Shown here piece by piece: positions 44,392-57,486 of a stretch of 64,000 nucleotides of DNA (its first letter is position 1; each line of letters begins with the position of its first letter). Made by a program: the position numbers and the translations under genes. Source of the stretch: the human T2T-CHM13v2.0 reference genome, Homo sapiens; the NCBI RefSeq assembly GCF_009914755.1, contig NC_060940.1; one strand, 5' to 3'. The notes under the pieces were generated by a model. That model saw only the letters and a list, made by a program, of their open reading frames with translations. It had not been told where the DNA came from and made no database searches.

Positions 44392-44640
44392 AGCCCAAGT
44401 ACAGTGGCTCATGTACTCCCAGCACTTTGGGAGGCTGAGGTGGGTGGATCAGTGAATCACTTGAGGCCAGGAGTAAACAAATTAGCCGAGCATGGTAGCA
44501 CATGCTTGTAGACCCAGCTACTCAGGAGGCTGAGGTGGGAAGATCTCCTGAGCCCAGAAGTTCAAGGATGCAGTGAGTTATCATTGCACCACTGAATTCC
44601 AACCTGGGTGACCAGAGCAAGATTCTGTCTCTAAAAGATG
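44392..44640 (+). mobile_element. AluJ with internal deletion
   Basis: Alu arms present; part of the left arm is missing. Confidence 0.85.
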
Positions 44641-45107
44641 AAAGAGAGCTAATACTTTGTATTTGCAAGAGTAGAATTCTGGTAACCCAATCCGCACCCC
44701 AGCCCCTGACAAGGCCTCCAGCTGCCTTCTGTGGAGACAGGGGCAAGGCTTCCAAAACATGTAGCTGCTGGTCTCTATTGCAGATTTGGGAAAGAGCAAC
44801 CTCGGGTGAAGAAGCCTGAGAGTCACCCCCACGTCTTGTTCATTCACTCATTCATTCACTCGCTGGCTGTATTTGTGCCTGTTTATCATTGTCTCCCCTA
44901 CCTACAGGCCTGCTAAATGGGAACAGACCATGTGACTGTGCCCTGCTGGCCTGAGCCCACCCCCACCACCCTTGATAAGATTGGGATAACAGCTGCCCCA
45001 AGGAAAATCAGGTCTGAGCCAAAGAGAGTGGACTGAGTCCTTGAGATTTCTTTCTTTTCAGGGAGTATTGGGGGAGGATTTGAACCAAGAAAAAATGCAA
45101 TTTTTGG

Positions 45108-45639
45108 TGTCATCAAGTCCAAAGCTCATACCACTCACAGCACAATAGCCAATAAGTCAAGAGACAAGGTCTTGGGGCAAGGAAAGTGACTTTATTTTAG
45201 AGAGCCAGCAAACCAAGATGACGGACTTAAGATTAAAGACATCTTAAGCTCATATGAATTTGGGGTTCCTTTAATGTTATGGGAAGAGGTGAAGGAGAGG
45301 GTGGTGGTCAAAAGGTTACTGATGACCACAGATATCTGTGCACCAGCAAGGGTAACTTTCACTGTCCTCGGTTAGGTCACGATGCTCCTGTAAATCTTTA
45401 ACACAACAGTATTAACCATGTGTACACCCTCCTTATCTACTCAGGGGTTAGTTTTGGGAAGGGGCTATTGTCATCCTTGCTTTAAAGGTAAACTATGAGC
45501 TAAAATTCCTCCCTTACTTGGCTTGGCCTACATACAGAAGTAAGCAAAAGCAGGTAACCTAAAAGATAATCATCACCTAAGGAGGGAGATTAGAAGCAAA
45601 ATAGAGTTAGTCATGCTAGACCTCCTTTTCACTGTTACA
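45108..45639 (-). mobile_element. ERV1 (MER4-group) solo LTR nested in an old MLT1
   Basis: TG...CA termini (tgtcatc...ctgttaca), antisense poly(A) signal (ctttatt), ttgg/gtgg flanks. Confidence 0.65.
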
Positions 45640-46405
45640 GTGGCAGGCGCCTACGCTGAAATGTCTTGTAAAGAAAGGATGTAGGTAAAATGATCTAGAA
45701 GACACTGATTGTGATACAGACAAAAGCAGAGAGCCAGAATACAAGGAGAGAAGGCACAACAGCTAGACAGACAGATGGACAGGAATGAGAGGGATGTGGA
45801 GCCCTCAGCCTTGGCTCCCATCTGTTTTGTTTCTGGTTCTAGTACCCTGAGGCCCAGCTGTGTACCCTGGAGCCTTGAGTTGTAAGATTATCAGTAAAAT
45901 TTTCCAGTAGACATTTTGGGTGTGGGCTTTCCAGCCCAGTTCACACGGTATCATTACTTCTATGTCCTTGTGGAAACTTCCTTCCTTCTCAACAGAGAAA
46001 CACTGTGTTGAGTTGTTAAGCAATAGCCTGCCCTCTCCTAGTGCTATTTTTACTTGGGCTAGTCTGAGTAGGTTTCTGTTCTCGGCATCTAAAAATGCTT
46101 TGACTAGTACAGATATTGATACAGTGATTCATTCTAACCTTAACTCAATGATTGATGCCCTCACTGGTTTTATCTACTCAATGTTTCATTTGAATAATTC
46201 AGTCATTCATTTACACATTGATTTGCTATTTGTTTATTATAGCAAAAAATAGTTGTCAAGCACCTTCTATGTGGCAGACCCTGTGCTTGACACCCCAGGT
46301 GATGTGGAAATGAACCAGGTGTGGTCTTTACTCTCAAAGCCTCATGAATAATAGCATGAATGGAATGCAATTAAGTATAAGGTAGACATTAATAAATATC
46401 AATGT

Positions 46406-46804
46406 TGTTAAGTCAAGTTTAGCCTAAAGCTCCCTCCTTACATATTTTAAGTTTTGGCCTAAACGTTTTTCTGTACATCATGAACTGTAACAAATGGAAG
46501 TGTAAACAGACCGTAGCCTACACTTGTGCCAATTACTGAGTTTTGGCAATCAAATGTAGCCAACTGTTCAAACCATATTCAAATAAGGCAAATGCCAACC
46601 TATAACCAACCCAGCTGTTTCTGTATTTCACTTCTGTTTTCTGTATGTTGCTTTCCTTTATCTGTTCATAAATCTTCTTCTGCCATGTGGCTGTGCTGGA
46701 GTCTTAGAGCCTACTCTGGCTTGGGAGGCCGCCTGATTCACAAATCCTTCATTGCTCAATTAAACTCTTTTAAATTTAATTCAGCTGAAGTTTTTATTCT
46801 ATCA
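46406..46804 (+). mobile_element. MER57A/B-like ERV1 solo LTR
   Basis: tgttaagtcaagtttagcctaaagc...ttctatca; perfect 4-bp TSD atgt. Confidence 0.85.
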
Positions 46805-48179
46805 ATGTGCATTGTACATTCAGTAGAAGGATTTCAGGATAAAAATTAGAAAATGTTTCTTGGAGAGACTAGGCCATAAAAGAGCTTCTACTTCAGTTTG
46901 AATTTGGAAATTAGAAAGAAGGAAAAATAAGAAAAGCCAGGGATATTTCTCAAGTTTAATAATAGCAGCCATTTGTGAAATGGGAGGGTATCTGAGAGAT
47001 TAAAGAACCCAGATCATTGGAAGAAAGTTTCTACTCTTGGAGACATAACTAACATCATGGTTTGACTTTGATGCCTTCTAAATACACCCTTATCCCACAA
47101 GGCCAGGAGCCCAGCAAAAGTGCCTTCTAGTCCCTGGGCCAAGCCACTCCAGACCCACTCTGCCTCTCCTTCCCCTTGGGAAACTAACCTGGGCTTCTGT
47201 TTCCCTTCCACCACCAGTGTCTCTGAGGTGTTCTAGTCAGAAAAAATGTAATAAAGCTTTTCAGCCCAAGTTTAATATCCTTTGAGGAAAGTGCATTTCT
47301 CTTTCAAAGTTGATTTGTTTGCATGAATGTTCAGGGAAAAAATAGACCTTGGAAGATAAACTTTCAGCCATGGAAAACTTTCAAAACAGAACTTGCCCCC
47401 CACAAGAACTGCAGAAATAGAGTCTAGACAGTTTTGATTATGCTGTTAGTTTTCAGTGGGGTTGTACCATTCCCGAAAAGACATTTAGGAAATTTGGGGG
47501 ATTACCTTTGTAAGCCAAAAATAAAATCCTAAGTCCCCCTAATTGACTGTACAGACCTCTCTGGGACAAGAGAAACCTGAAAAATTGAATTCCTGGCCTT
47601 GGTAAGAAGGAAGATTGAATACGCCTCAGTATAGTCCCTCCTTTATGGAGTTTAGGCACAACTGACCAGAATTAACATTAAAATAGAGATCCCAAGTTTC
47701 ACAAAACAGATTCTTTGGCAATAAGATACCAAATTCCAGCCTGACGCTGGTATAGCATCACATGACAGATAGAAGACCCTGAAGGAAATGAAACTATTTT
47801 ATCCCAAGAGATTTTTCTTTGACATATTTTGAAATGGCCCTGCAAAGCCATCTTTTGTAGGGGAACGCTTGCATCTGTAAAGAACCTCCGTTAATGCAGC
47901 CAGGCCTATCCCTGATCTAGAAGAAATTAGCTAAGAGTCAGATACCTTTTAAGGTCTACAAGAGACATTTACCATCTATTCTCTCTGAAGCCTGCTACCT
48001 GGAGGCTTCATCTACATAACAAGAAACTTGGCTTCCACAACCCCCTATATCTTAACTCAAGCATTTCTTTCTACTGACTTCAAGTCTTTAGCTTAACTCT
48101 TTCAACCTATTGCTAATTAGAAAATCCACCTGTGACCTGTAAGCACCACCCCACTCCACTTCAAGATGTCCCACCTGCC

Positions 48180-48372
48180 TGGTGAAACCCCGTCTCTACT
48201 AAAAATAAAAAAAATTAGCCGGGCGTGGTGGTGGGTGCCTGTAGTCCCAGCTACTCAGGAGGCTGAGGCAGGAGAATGGCGTGAACCCAGGAGGTGGAGC
48301 TTGCAGTGAGCCAAGATCGTGCCACTGCACACCAGCCTGGGCGACAGAGCAAGACTCCACCTCAAAAAAAAA
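48180..48372 (+). mobile_element. 5'-truncated AluY
   Basis: Y diagnostics gaatggcgtgaaccc and ggagcttgcagtgag; 17-bp TSD aagat(g/a)tcccacctgcc at 48163-48179 and 48373-48389. Confidence 0.9.
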
Positions 48373-48385
48373 AAGATATCCCACC

Positions 48386-48749
<364 letters not shown>

Positions 48750-48999
48750 TTATATATCTTACATATATTGATTTATGCCTTTGCCTATAACTTCTATCTT
48801 CCTAAAATGTATAAAACCAAACTGTAACCCAACCACCGCAGGCACATGTTCTGAGGATCTTTCGAGACTGTTTCCTGGGCCATGGTCACTCATATTGGCT
48901 CAGAATAAAACTCTTTAAATATACTACAGAGTTTTCTTTTTTTGGTCAACACAACTGACCAGGATTAACATTAAAATAGAGATCCTAAGACTCTATTTA

Positions 49000-49116
49000 G
49001 GGGAAAATCATAATCCAAATTTGCTACAATATTTTTAAATTGGCAAATAAAGTTGTATACATTAATAATAAACAACGTGATGATATATTGTGGAATGACT
49101 AAATTATTATCAATTA
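49000..49116 (+). repeat. Direct copy of composite L1/L1 junction at 50706-50819
   Basis: About 77% identical by hand. It reproduces the same sense-L1M / antisense-L1MA junction and the same internal deletion. Confidence 0.8.
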
Positions 49117-49319
49117 TTTTATTTGTGACCAGACATTATAATATTGAAATATACCCAAAAAGAGACTGTATTGTTAAAATTTTCTTTTTTATATTAGTTT
49201 AGAGGATTATAGCAATTTTTTAAAATGTATGTATGCAGATAAGTTAAGTTTTATATGGATTTCATTTCCAAATAGCAAACAAGGTATTACAAAATGTATT
49301 AAAAGGGCATTAGCAAGGG

Positions 49320-51780
49320 ACAGTGTCTATGGCCAAGCTCTCCCCGAAAAGCAACTATAAAGCTCCAAAAAATTGATCAAAACCATCATACAGCACTCCA
49401 GAAATCAACTGAAGGCATACAACAGTTGGAGCAACATTTATGCTTGAGAACTGCAGAAATCTGGGTAACAACAGTGAGAATCTGTGGCATTCTAGCCTAA
49501 GGCTGCTCCCATCTCCGGCTGCTAGCTAAGTCAGTAGGGAGGCTCCTCCAGGGTGGGGCACACTGGGAGGCGAGGCAGTTTCTCTGCTGCAGTTAAAGGG
49601 AGCTTATTTGACTTAGAGCACTGGCCAACATCCACTCTTGGCAGCCATGTTGGTTTAAGTAAAAGTTGCCAAGGCAGAAAAGCAGGAGGGCCAAAAGGTC
49701 CTTTAGACTGAGGTTGCAGTCATGACTGGGGTAAATGTTTCTGGCTAAAGCTGCATAGCTGCATAGCAGAAACCAGAAAGGGCCCAGTCTAGCCAGACTC
49801 TGCTGGCCAACTCTGAGGCTGCACAGATATGCAGAGGAGATGAGAAAGAGCCCAGTAGAAAGCAAAAAATAGAGAAAGCATGAAAATGAACTGAAGTTTG
49901 AATGTGTTCCTATGGTAGGCTGCTTCTAAAATGGCTCCTATAAATGCTGTCCTCGGTATTAGCACCCTGTGTAATCCCCTCATGTTGGGTGAAGCTGACA
50001 TAGTGACTTGCTTCCAAAAAATCACATGCTAATATGGCAAAAATGGTGGATGTCATTTCCAAGGTTAGACTGACTTCTGCCTTGCTCTCACTCTCTCTCT
50101 GGTTCTTCCCCCTTCCTGTGCTGATGAAGCAAGCTGCATGTCATGAGCTATCCTATGAAGAGGCACATGTTACAAGGAACAAAGGGTGTAACATGTGACA
50201 AAGAAGGGATGTTCTCTGTTCAATGGCCTGCAAGGAACCCAATCCTGCCATCAATCACATGAGGGGTGTGGAGGCAGATCCTTCCCCTGTCAAACCTTCA
50301 GATGACTGCAACCTGGCCACCACCTTGATTGTTGCCTGGGCCAGAGAACCCAGCTAATGCACACCCAGATTCCCGACCCACAAAAACTGTAAAATCTTTC
50401 TCTTGTTTTAAGCCACCAAACTTTGAGATAACATTAAACAGCAATAAGATAACTGATACAGCTCCCATACTCACATGTAGATTCATCAGCAGATGTCAGA
50501 TGACTTTACTTGTTTAAGGTGGTTCAGCACAATCTCTGTCCAATTAGATATGCAGACACAGAGATAATGCTTAGGAAGCTAGCCTTAAATATTTTTAAAA
50601 AGCAAGAATGTAAGAAATTTCATCAGAAATTTCAGCAGCTTCACACAACAGAGAAGACAAGATTCCCAGATAGCAATTTCATGATTCACAATAAACCATG
50701 GAGTGGGGGAAATCAGAATCCAAAGTTGCTGTAATTTTTTTAATTGGCAAATAAAACTGTATATATTAGTGGTGTACAACATAATGATACATTATGGAAC
50801 AGCTACATCAAGATAATTAACATATTCATGACATATCAATTAACATATCCATTGCAATATTTTCAATGCCCAGTTTTCAACAGAAAATTACAAGATATGC
50901 AAAGAAACAGGAAAGTGTGACATATACTGAGGAAAATAGCAGATAGTAGAACTTGTCTCTGAGTTTTCCTAGATTCTGTATTTAGCAAAGATTTCAAATA
51001 GCTACTCTAAATATGCTCAAAGAACTGTTTAAATTTGTAAATAAAATTATGATAATAAACAATCAACAGAGAAAGATTCTAAATAAGGAGATAGAAATTA
51101 TAAAGAAAGAAATGGAAATTCTGGTGTTGAAAAGTATAAATTACAATTTTACTGTGAAGATCTATTACAACAGATTATATATGGCAGAGGAAGAGATCAA
51201 TGAACTCGAAGATAGAGTGATAGAAAGTATCTATCTGAGGAAGACAGAGAAAAAAAATGTTTGAAGTAAAAGGAACAGAACCATAGGGGCCAGTGGGACA
51301 ACATCAAGCCAACAGATGTATAATGAGAAAACCAGAAGTAGAAAATAAAAAGGAAGGAGCAGAAAACATATGGAAAAACCAGTGGCCAAAAACTTTCAGA
51401 ATTTGACTTAAAAAAAAATTAAATACACATCCAAAATGTTCAATAAACCTCAAGTAGGATAAATATGTAGAGATCCACACCTAGACAAATCATAGGCAAG
51501 CAGTCAGAAGACAGAAAGAAATAGAAAAACAAGCAAGAGAAAAATGACTTATTACTACAAGAGGTAACAATGCAGTTAACAGCTGGCTTCCCATATAAAA
51601 CAATAGAGGGCAAAAAGCAATCAAATGAAAAAACTGTTAACCAAGAGTTCCATTATCCAGAAAATCTTTCTTCAAGAATGAAGGTAAAATAAAGACATTA
51701 CCATATAAACAAAGACAAAATAATTCATTATTTCTAAAATCTTACAAATATATTGCAAAATTAATAAATCCAGATGTAAA
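49320..51780 (+). mobile_element. Old L1M 5'UTR/ORF1 remnant, interrupted by MLT1F and an antisense L1MA fragment
   Basis: ORF 51013-51264 (…MAEEEINELEDRVIE…) is degenerate L1 ORF1p; A-rich sense strand. Confidence 0.8.
49911..50460 (+). mobile_element. MLT1F-like MaLR LTR
   Basis: tatggtaggctgcttctaaaatggctcc...gataactgataca; TSD gttcc/gctcc. Confidence 0.8.
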
Positions 51781-51852
51781 ATATCACATGCATATTATTT
51801 GGTTTATATTTAACTCAATAACAGGAAGAAAAAGTTTGATATTGGATAATAA

Positions 51853-52121
51853 GGCCGGACACGGTGGCTCACGCCTGTAATCCCAGCACTTTGTGAGGCC
51901 GAGACAGGTGGATCACGAGGTCAGGAGTTCAAGACCAGCCTGGCCAACATGGTGAAACCCCGTCTCTACTAAAAATACAAAAATTACAGTGCGCCTGTAA
52001 TCCCAGCTACTCAGGAGGCTGAGGCAGGAGAATCGCTTGAACCTGGGGGACGGAGGTTGCAGTAAGCCGACTCTAGCCTGGGTGACAGAGCGAGACTCTG
52101 TCTCAAAAAAAAAAAAAAAAG
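51853..52121 (+). mobile_element. AluS (Sg-like) with deletions
   Basis: Dimeric Alu with poly(A); attggat(a/g)ataag-like sequence on both flanks. Confidence 0.92.
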
Positions 52122-52536
52122 AAATTGGATGATAAGATGATGTTTACCCTTGGAGGGTGGTAATAACTACCAGGGGCTGTATGGAAGATTCTGGGGTACT
52201 GGTTACATAGATGTCTTCATTTGTGATTCTGGCACATTTTTGTATATATAATTTCCTTCAATAGAAGTTTACTAGAGCAAAAAAGGGAAGCCTGACCATG
52301 CCACTCCCTCCCCTTTTTTTGAATTCCTTTATTGTTTTCCTTTGCTCCCTTTCCCTTCCCAGTCTGAGCAGAACCTGTGGCTACCAAGTTCCTGGATGGC
52401 CTGGCCTCTGGCCACCTCTGTACCATTGCCTCTTTGCCTCTGGTACTCTAGTCACCCTTGCCTTCTGTTGTTAGTGCCATGCCTCCCGCTTGTCACAGGG
52501 CCTTTGCACAGGCATATTTCTCTGGTCCAAAGCCCT

Positions 52537-52878
52537 TATCTTAATCCATTTGGGCCTATGACAAAATACCACAAAGTGGGTAGCTTATAAACAACAAACA
52601 TTCATTTATCACATTTTTGAAGCCTAGGAAATCCAAAATTAAGGCTCTGACAGATTCCGTTGTCTGCTGAACCCATTTCCTGGTGACACCTTCTCACTAC
52701 ATCTTCACATGGTGGAGCTCTCTCTAGTCTCTTCTGCAAGGGCACCAATTCCAATCATGAGAGAACTGCTCTCATGACCTAATTACCTCCCAAGACCCCA
52801 CCTTTTAATGCCATCACCTTGGGGGTTAGGATTTCAGCACATGAATTTTGGAGGGACAGAAATGTCCAGACCATAACA
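52537..52878 (-). mobile_element. MSTC/MSTD-like MaLR LTR nested in an L2
   Basis: tatcttaatcc...ccagaccataaca; perfect 5-bp TSD gccct. Confidence 0.85.
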
Positions 52879-53439
52879 GCCCTGTTGAAGTCTATTTATC
52901 CTTTAGCTCAGAGCTCAAAGGTGGCCTACCCACCACCCCATCCAAGTCTAGTACCATTGATATGGCCTTTCATAGAACTACATTCCTTTCTTTGAAAGCA
53001 CTCATCTTCACTTGTCATTATGAATTCATACGGTAATTATCTGCCCTGTCTTTTCCACTAGCCCATATGTCTTAGGAGGTTTGCCTATGTTTTTTTCCTG
53101 CATTGTATCCCCAGCACCATTCCCAATACTTAGTAGGTGCCTGATAACCACATGTTGGATGAATAAATGAATATAGACGAATTGGGCTTATAAAAAGCTT
53201 TCTTCTAATTAGAGTACACTACAGAAAGATAGGATGCCAAACTAAAGAATTCAGATTTCTTTTAGATAGGCAACAAGGAGCCATTGAAGGTTTTTGAGAA
53301 AGGAAGATGCGTGGACAGACCTTTATTTTATTAAGATCTCTGTGGAGGTAGAGGTGGAGAGGCTGCAAGGAGGCTGTGGCAGAGTCCAGAGGAGACATAG
53401 CGCCTGAAGAGGGGTAGTGGCCACATGGAGAACAGTGGG

Positions 53440-53695
53440 AGGTGGCCAATGTCCCACCTCCACTCTGACCTCAGGGCCAGCTACCAAGACGGGCAATGAC
53501 TTCACAATCACTGCCCAGGCCTTCCACCTTTTAAGGCCAATATCCCAGGGTCTTGGCTCACTCTGCCCTTTATGTTCACATCTGGAGGCCACACCCTACC
53601 TTCTAAGTCACCAGGCCATCAAGTCCAGACAAAGGGATCGAAAGAGTGAGACAGTGCCAGCCACCTCCCACCCAAGCCACTAGCAAGACTCCACA
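53440..53695 (+). promoter_or_regulatory. Putative C16orf78 proximal promoter / 5'UTR with CRE-like and CCAAT motifs
   Basis: TGACCTCA (53466-53473), TGACTTCA (53497-53504) and two GGCCAAT boxes within 250 bp of the ATG; no CpG island. The TSS cannot be located from sequence. Confidence 0.5.
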
Positions 53696-53845
53696 ATGTC
53701 AGAGCAACAAATGGACCTGAAGGATTTAATGCCCACAAAGAGGAAATACATGTGGAAGACTGCTGAAGATAGGCGCATGTCTGACCTCACCTGTGTGCTG
53801 GAGTGGCTGGAGCGGAGGCAGGGGAAGAAGAAACAAGCTCCCGAG
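53696..53845 (+). CDS. C16orf78: C16orf78 coding exon 1 (MSEQQMDLKD...GKKKQAPE, 50 codons)
   Basis: ATG in ccacaATGt context; donor GAG|gtgggt; the peptide matches the recalled N-terminus of human C16orf78 (testis-enriched, DUF4638 family). Confidence 0.92.
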
Positions 53846-53857
53846 GTGGGTACCATC

Positions 53858-54333
53858 CAAGAGAAATGGCAGGAAGACTTTACTCAAGGTAGTTGCAGTA
53901 GGGGAGAGAGATTGAACTTAACTCTCCTGAAACAAAAGGCGGGATGGTTTTGAAGTGCTGGGATAAGCTAGTGAGAACTACCCAAGGACATTAAGGGGGT
54001 GGGGGAATTAGTTAATATGATTAGGCTGTCTGTGTTGCTAATTCGCACTTATAAATGTTAGGCTCCCATCCTCTCACAGAGACTGAGAGACAAGGTACAA
54101 TCTTTCTTGATGATTACATTTCAAAGGGTCCTCCCAGGTCCTTGAGAAAAACATTCCTGGATTGTAAAACTAGCAAGAGACTGAGAGATTTACATCTCAA
54201 AGGGGCAGAGAAAAAATTTACAAATCCAAGTTTTCTAGAGGAAATGCTCTAAGGAAAAGGAGGCCAAGGGCCTATCATCAGGAAGAAACCTGTCTAAAGT
54301 TTAGTCAAGCTGGGCAAATGTTAGTATTGGTCA
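53858..54333 (-). mobile_element. MER31/MER67-like ERV1 LTR at the start of intron 1
   Basis: gaagactttactcaag...ggagagagattgaacttaactc...ttggtca. Confidence 0.65.
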
Positions 54334-55028
54334 GAATTCTAGAAGGGCCAAGGGGCAGTGGCTTCTGGGTCTCCATATTGCAGGATGGGATCCTCCTACT
54401 GCCCTCAGCTCTTCTCTCCTTGTGATGCCTTCAGAATCAAAGAACATTCATTCCTCACTGCCATTACTGCAACTGCAACTCCAGCTAACATACCTCCTCT
54501 TTTCTACCCTACATCGAGCTAGTTCTAACCCACCCTTTCCTCTTTCTCCAAGAAATGTAGCAACCAAGTTTGCCTTAGTTTTTCCCAGAGCTCCCCCAAG
54601 ACCTATCATCTATGAAGAACCAAGCCATGTCTTTGGAAAGTGGTGTCCTCTGCAGAAGATGCCACCTGGTCTTGAATCTCCTGACCCTAGAGCAAAATGA
54701 GTAAAAAATGCCATTACTAATAACAATGCTCAACACATCACTAACTTTTAATGTTTACTGTGGTCAAGGCCCTGTGCTTAGATTTGTACCTGGGTTATGT
54801 GGTCAATTGCTCCCAGTCAGGCTACCAGGGAGGCACCATTTTTACCCCTAGTTGAAGGATAAGGAAAGTGAAAATAAGTCATTTTATTGAAGTCACAGAA
54901 GTAATAAAGGGCAGAGCCAGGGCTCAAACTGAGGTTTTCCAATTCCCAAATGCATAGACTCCTCTGCTTTATCCAGGTCAGCACCTGCCTTTGGGGAAAG
55001 CTTCCATTATGTTTGTGTGCTTACTTAC

Positions 55029-55436
55029 TGTATTAGTCCATTCTCATACTGCTACAAAGAAATACCTGAGACTGGGTCATTTATTTAAAAAAAAAATAAA
55101 AAAAAATGTTTAATTGGCTCATGGCTGTACAAGAAGCATAGGAGATTCCACTTCTGGGGAGGTCTCAGGAAGCTTACAATCATGGCAGAAGGCAAAAGAG
55201 GAGCAGGCACTTCACATGGCAAGAGCAAGAAGTGGGAGGACGAGGTGCCACACACACTTTTAAATGACTGGATCTCACGAGAACTCTCGCCTTCATGACA
55301 GTACCAAGGGGAATCGTGTTAAACCATGAGAAAGTGCCCCTATGATCTAATCACCTCCCACCAGGCCCCACCTCCAACACTGGAGATTACAACTTGACAT
55401 GAGATTTGGGGAGAGACGCAGATCCAAACCATACCA
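55029..55436 (-). mobile_element. MSTA MaLR solo LTR
   Basis: tgtattagtccattctc...gatccaaaccatacca; perfect TSD cttac. Confidence 0.9.
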
Positions 55437-56479
55437 CTTACCATTTATAGTCAGAAAGATCTCGAGTGCCAATTCCATCAGACACATCTGACAAACATAT
55501 TTTACTCTAAGGTGCTAATGATTTACAGATAGCCTACCCACTGCCTTGATTTGGGGGCGAAGGGGAAGCTTGACTTCTGGGTCTCTCCAAACTCAATTTA
55601 ATATCATCACAGGAATTACATTCACTTCCCTGGTTAATATGTTCAGGTCTATCTCCTTTTACCAGGATAAGATTCTAATAATCACATTTTAACAACTTTA
55701 CCTTAAATGTGGCTTTTATTGTAAATAACTTTGGACCTAGAGAGGGAGCAAGTTTACATGGGAAATATAATTAAGTCTTCAAGCATCATTACCTTTCCCA
55801 GAAGCATCTGGGCTTTTAAAGAAGCTTCTAAGAGGAAGATGATGTGTGCTGGCAGGTCTCCGACAGCAGCAGGTGATGGGGGACCCTCTGGTGAGATGGT
55901 TGGGGTCTATCTTCACCACTCAGGGCCCTCTGTGACCTCCTCTGTTCTCTCCTGGGGTCTGACCTGGCCATCCAGGCTCTTCCCCCAACAGACTGCTCAT
56001 GGTATTTCCCCCTTGTGATCCATTTGGCATCAGCGAAGACCCCTGAGGTCTGAAGTCTCAGCCATGGAGGATGCTGAATCCTTGAATGTTGCAGTTTCCT
56101 TGAGTCTAAAGCATCGCCATGTCAATTCCGCTCAGCTTCCCCAAAATGGGGGCTGTGTGGGGAGCTACTCAGGTGACTCTTTGAGGGAGGCTGAGGATTG
56201 AGTGGGGGATGGTGGAAGGGGCTGCCCTGGAGGAGATGGGTCATCCTAGCTCCTCACAGCCTGAAAATGCAGCCTTGGCTCTGAGTTGCACTGTTTCTCC
56301 ACTAAACCAAACAAAACCCTAAAGCTAACCAGCGTTACCTTCCTTAGAAGGCAACTTGCAACATGGAGCAGGCCCTTGGACAGCTTCCTTCCATACTCCC
56401 AAATGGCTTATCGAAACTTCCCTTCCACCCACCCCGCATAATAACCTGCCTCCCATAATTCATGGAGGGCATTGCACAT

Positions 56480-56660
56480 GCATGTCGTAATTCAGTTATT
56501 GCTCTCAGTAACCTTATGAAGTAGGTCCTACTATTATCCCCACCTTTCAGACAAGGAAACTAAGCCACAGAGAGAGCAGAAACTTGCCGAGGTCACTCAG
56601 CCCTCAGCCGTGGATAGAGCAGGAATCCAGGCAGTCTGACCTGGACACTGCAGTCCAGGC
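56480..56660 (-). mobile_element. MIR
   Basis: cagacaaggaaactaagccacagagagagcagaaacttgccgaggtcactcag. Confidence 0.7.
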
Positions 56661-57486
56661 CACCGTCTCCCTGTAACCATAAGCAGCATATTCCCAGAGG
56701 AGATCCAGTCTATTTAGTTTCTGCCATGATGCTCTGGCACCCACCCCTAACCCTTATAGACTAGGCAGAATGCTTCCTGGGTGGCCCACCCTTTAAGTGC
56801 TTCTGCTGGGCTCCTGGACTGTGGGACCCTGGAGATCCCTAATGACCCTGCCCTCCCTGCCTCCCCTGCGAGAGCAGGAGGGCCAGGAATGTGCCATGCA
56901 CAGGGAACTCCATTCAGGGCAGGGTGTGCTCAGCTCTTGGGCAGGTGGTAAGGAATACCTGGGGAAATAGAAAGGCAAGGTCAGTGGTGACCACCACTCC
57001 AGGAAGACAGGATGGGGTGGGCCTGGGGTGCTCCGGGACCAAGGGAGAGGCCGGGGTGAGCAAAGGCCCAGAGGTCTGGATCAGCAGCACCTGTTCAAAG
57101 TCAGGGCAGCCTTCCTGTGACTCCACACTGGAGGCAGGGGCAGGGAAGTCTGAGCTGGTAAGGCCACAAGGGGGCTGGAGGGGCTTCCTACCAGGCTAGG
57201 GAGTGAGGCCCTTATGTGGGGGGTGATGGGGAGCCCCTGATGGATTCTGAGGTGGAGAGGAACAGGACCAGGCCTGAGGCTCAGAAAGTCGCTCTGGGGG
57301 CGGCGACATGTATACCAGGGCGCATCTGGAAGCAGAGGAACAGTGACGACAGGCCCTAGAGTGTGTGTGCTGAAGCCTGTGGAGGGGAGGGACAGCCCCT
57401 CACCTGGGAGCCTTCTCCTTGGGGAAAGGGAGGGGATGCTGTCCCCACAGCAGTGGCTGCAGGGCTCTCTTCCCTTGTCTTTTCAG

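Noticed and set aside
53846-53953. C-terminal extension of the 85-aa ORF (VGTIQEKWQ…)
   Set aside because: It lies past the exon 1 splice donor and within an LTR; the real frame continues at 57487.
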